From the IMG/VR virus record IMGVR_UViG_2636416136_000011: 41,816 nt of DNA; one strand, given 5' to 3'. The notes under the pieces were generated by a model. It had not been told where the DNA came from. It did not search any database and saw only the letters and a program-made list of their open reading frames with translations. Shown piece after piece: positions 39,751-41,816 of the stretch (position 1 is the first letter of the stretch; the number at the start of each line of letters is the position of its first letter). The DNA comes from a virus. Its lineage: Duplodnaviria; Heunggongvirae; Uroviricota; Caudoviricetes. Made by a program: the position numbers and the translations under genes.

Positions 39751-39947
39751 GCGAGAAACCCGACGATTTACTCACCCCAGATGAAGTATGCCAAAAGTTA
39801 GGTATTACACAGAAAACGCTATGTGAGTGGAATATTAAGCATCGTCATCGGGCTATCCTGGCACCAATTCGTTTCAGTGCAAAAGTAGTTCGTTATGAGC
39901 GCCGAAATGTCGACGCTTTTATTCAAAAGTGTCGCAGCCAGTATTAA
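39747..39947 (+). CDS. Excisionase / AlpA-like HTH protein
   Basis: 66 aa with HTH (LTPDEVCQKLGITQKTLCEW); overlaps the helicase stop and integrase stop; adjacent to the integrase. Confidence 0.55.
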   Translation: MSEKPDDLLTPDEVCQKLGITQKTLCEWNIKHRHRAILAPIRFSAKVVRYERRNVDAFIQKCRSQY

Positions 39948-41347
39948 CCTCGCCGCCGTAGCAATGCAACCTGCGCAAGTATGCTCCGCTCGTGAGCCTC
40001 GAAAGCTTCGCGCTTTAACGCAATCTCTTCCTGTAAAATCTCATCAGAAAAGTCGTAATGTTCTGCCATCGGGTCATCTGACTTGCTGGAGTGGTGAAGG
40101 CAAAGGAGGCTGATTTCCCTTCGGTCTGATCGGGAATAGCCTCTTTCCTTCATCAAGGCAATAACATTGCTCTTAAGGAATTTACGGCACATCGTATTAA
40201 ATGCACCGTCTTTCCCTTTAACAGTCCCATCATGTTTTATTCCTTTTACAGCCCCGTCCGGGCTGTATGTTTTCACCAGCTTATCCAGTGATCGTTTTGA
40301 AAATGGCTGCATTGGATCACGTGGCTGCAAAAATACATAATCCCTGTTGCACTCAGGAACTGAATCACGCCAGGCTTTCTGCTCGTCGATAATCCGCCGG
40401 ATCTCAGGCGTTATCGGCAGGCGGAAAGCCTTTTGTGTTTTCATAGCCCCTCGCATGCCGATAACCCCTTCCGGATAAACAATTTCACCAGCCTCCTCGT
40501 GAACGTAGTCCCAGCGCAGGTTATGGACATTAATCGGACGAACGCCAGTGATGATCATGAAGCGAACAGCATTCTTCTGGTGTACAGAGGTGCAGGCAGC
40601 AACATTGAGCCAGAGTCGGGCGATTGATTCAATATCGGTAAAAAGCCGTGTGGGGGTAGGTTTCTGTATGCGGGAGGAAACATAATCATCTGGCAGACTG
40701 GCGGCAACATTGCGGCCGTTGCAAAGAGTAGGTGCGCAGAACTTCCAGAACCGACGGAGCTCGGCAAACAACTCCAGGGCGTTATTGTTCGAGCGAGTGG
40801 CGATCCACTCGTCCAGCACTTCCACCAGCCGATTGTATGTTACGTCGCTGAACACCTCACGCTCGCCGAACGTTGCTTTAATCCGGTCGATACGCACCCC
40901 GTAGGTTGTGAAACTGTCCGGGCTCAGCTTCTGCCGGGCGACTTTGGCTTTGAGGTCATCCCGGTACATTTCCAGCGCTGCATGTACTGACTCTGCCCGC
41001 AAGCCACAGTCAGCCATACCTAGCGCTTTTTCGCGCGCCAGCTGGATAGCGAGCTCCGGCCACTCGCCGAGCTTTTTACCCTTGAGGCCCATCTTTTTTG
41101 GAAACTCGGCGTAAAATGTAACCTTACCGGCTTTGCTGAAATCGATACGGAGATAGTTCTCTTTTTCGTATTTGGAACGGCGAGCCACGCCGGAAGCAGC
41201 GAGGATGATTTTGGCAGCAGCAACACAGATTTTCATGTGTGCGCTGGTATAGGGGGGTTTACAGGCGTCCCATTTTTCAGATGCGGCTAAAACATCGTCA
41301 TTATTGGGGCTATCCGGATTATGTGTTACAGTGCGCGGCATTCTCAA
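39944..41347 (-). CDS. Tyrosine-type site-specific integrase
   Basis: TGVRP box-I Arg, downstream Lys and His/Arg cluster, C-terminal MAEHY tyrosine region; at the prophage end next to a host gene. Confidence 0.75.
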   Translation of the reverse strand: MRMPRTVTHNPDSPNNDDVLAASEKWDACKPPYTSAHMKICVAAAKIILAASGVARRSKYEKENYLRIDFSKAGKVTFYAEFPKKMGLKGKKLGEWPELAIQLAREKALGMADCGLRAESVHAALEMYRDDLKAKVARQKLSPDSFTTYGVRIDRIKATFGEREVFSDVTYNRLVEVLDEWIATRSNNNALELFAELRRFWKFCAPTLCNGRNVAASLPDDYVSSRIQKPTPTRLFTDIESIARLWLNVAACTSVHQKNAVRFMIITGVRPINVHNLRWDYVHEEAGEIVYPEGVIGMRGAMKTQKAFRLPITPEIRRIIDEQKAWRDSVPECNRDYVFLQPRDPMQPFSKRSLDKLVKTYSPDGAVKGIKHDGTVKGKDGAFNTMCRKFLKSNVIALMKERGYSRSDRREISLLCLHHSSKSDDPMAEHYDFSDEILQEEIALKREAFEAHERSILAQVALLRRRG

Positions 41348-41546
41348 TCCTTATCTGCGTAGGCGCAGAAAACAAGCTCACACATACAAGTCTTTTCTAC
41401 GGGACAAAATGCAATGTGTTGCGGTTTTGTGTTGCTGGACTGAGTTTATCAAGGTTAAATGCACTGGATCAACATACAGTAAGTTAATGACAGTAAAACA
41501 TACAAACTCGATACAACTTACTGATTTTAAAATGATTTAACGGTAA

Positions 41547-41816
<270 letters not shown>

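Overview
The window is almost entirely one temperate, Mu/P2-like contractile-tailed prophage of about 41 kb, lying beside the host ferredoxin gene yfhL (41556..41816). From the right end it reads: tyrosine integrase and Xis-like gene; a plus-strand replication module (SNF2-like helicase, Dcm-like C5 methyltransferase, VRR-NUC nuclease, small DPPH methyltransferase, family A DNA polymerase, DUF2815-like and Cas4-like DUF2800 proteins); a CI(S24)/Cro-like switch with back-to-back promoters; then a long minus-strand operon (prim-pol/P-loop primase-helicase, Q-like antiterminator, lysis cassette, terminase, head genes, tail and baseplate genes) ending in a tail fibre inside a Gin/Pin-type invertible segment whose two hix-like crossover sites I could locate. 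The most interesting candidate for an undescribed system is an A+T-rich two-gene moron with its own terminator inside the baseplate cluster (6194..7349), whose 131-aa product carries HEPN-like motifs and whose 257-aa partner I cannot place. Other second-look items are a dense CTGTACC iteron array just 3' of the primase gene, three further small cargo genes, and a -1 frameshift site in the tail chaperone. All calls rest on reading the translated ORFs and the DNA by eye; no database search was run, and the attachment sites were not found.
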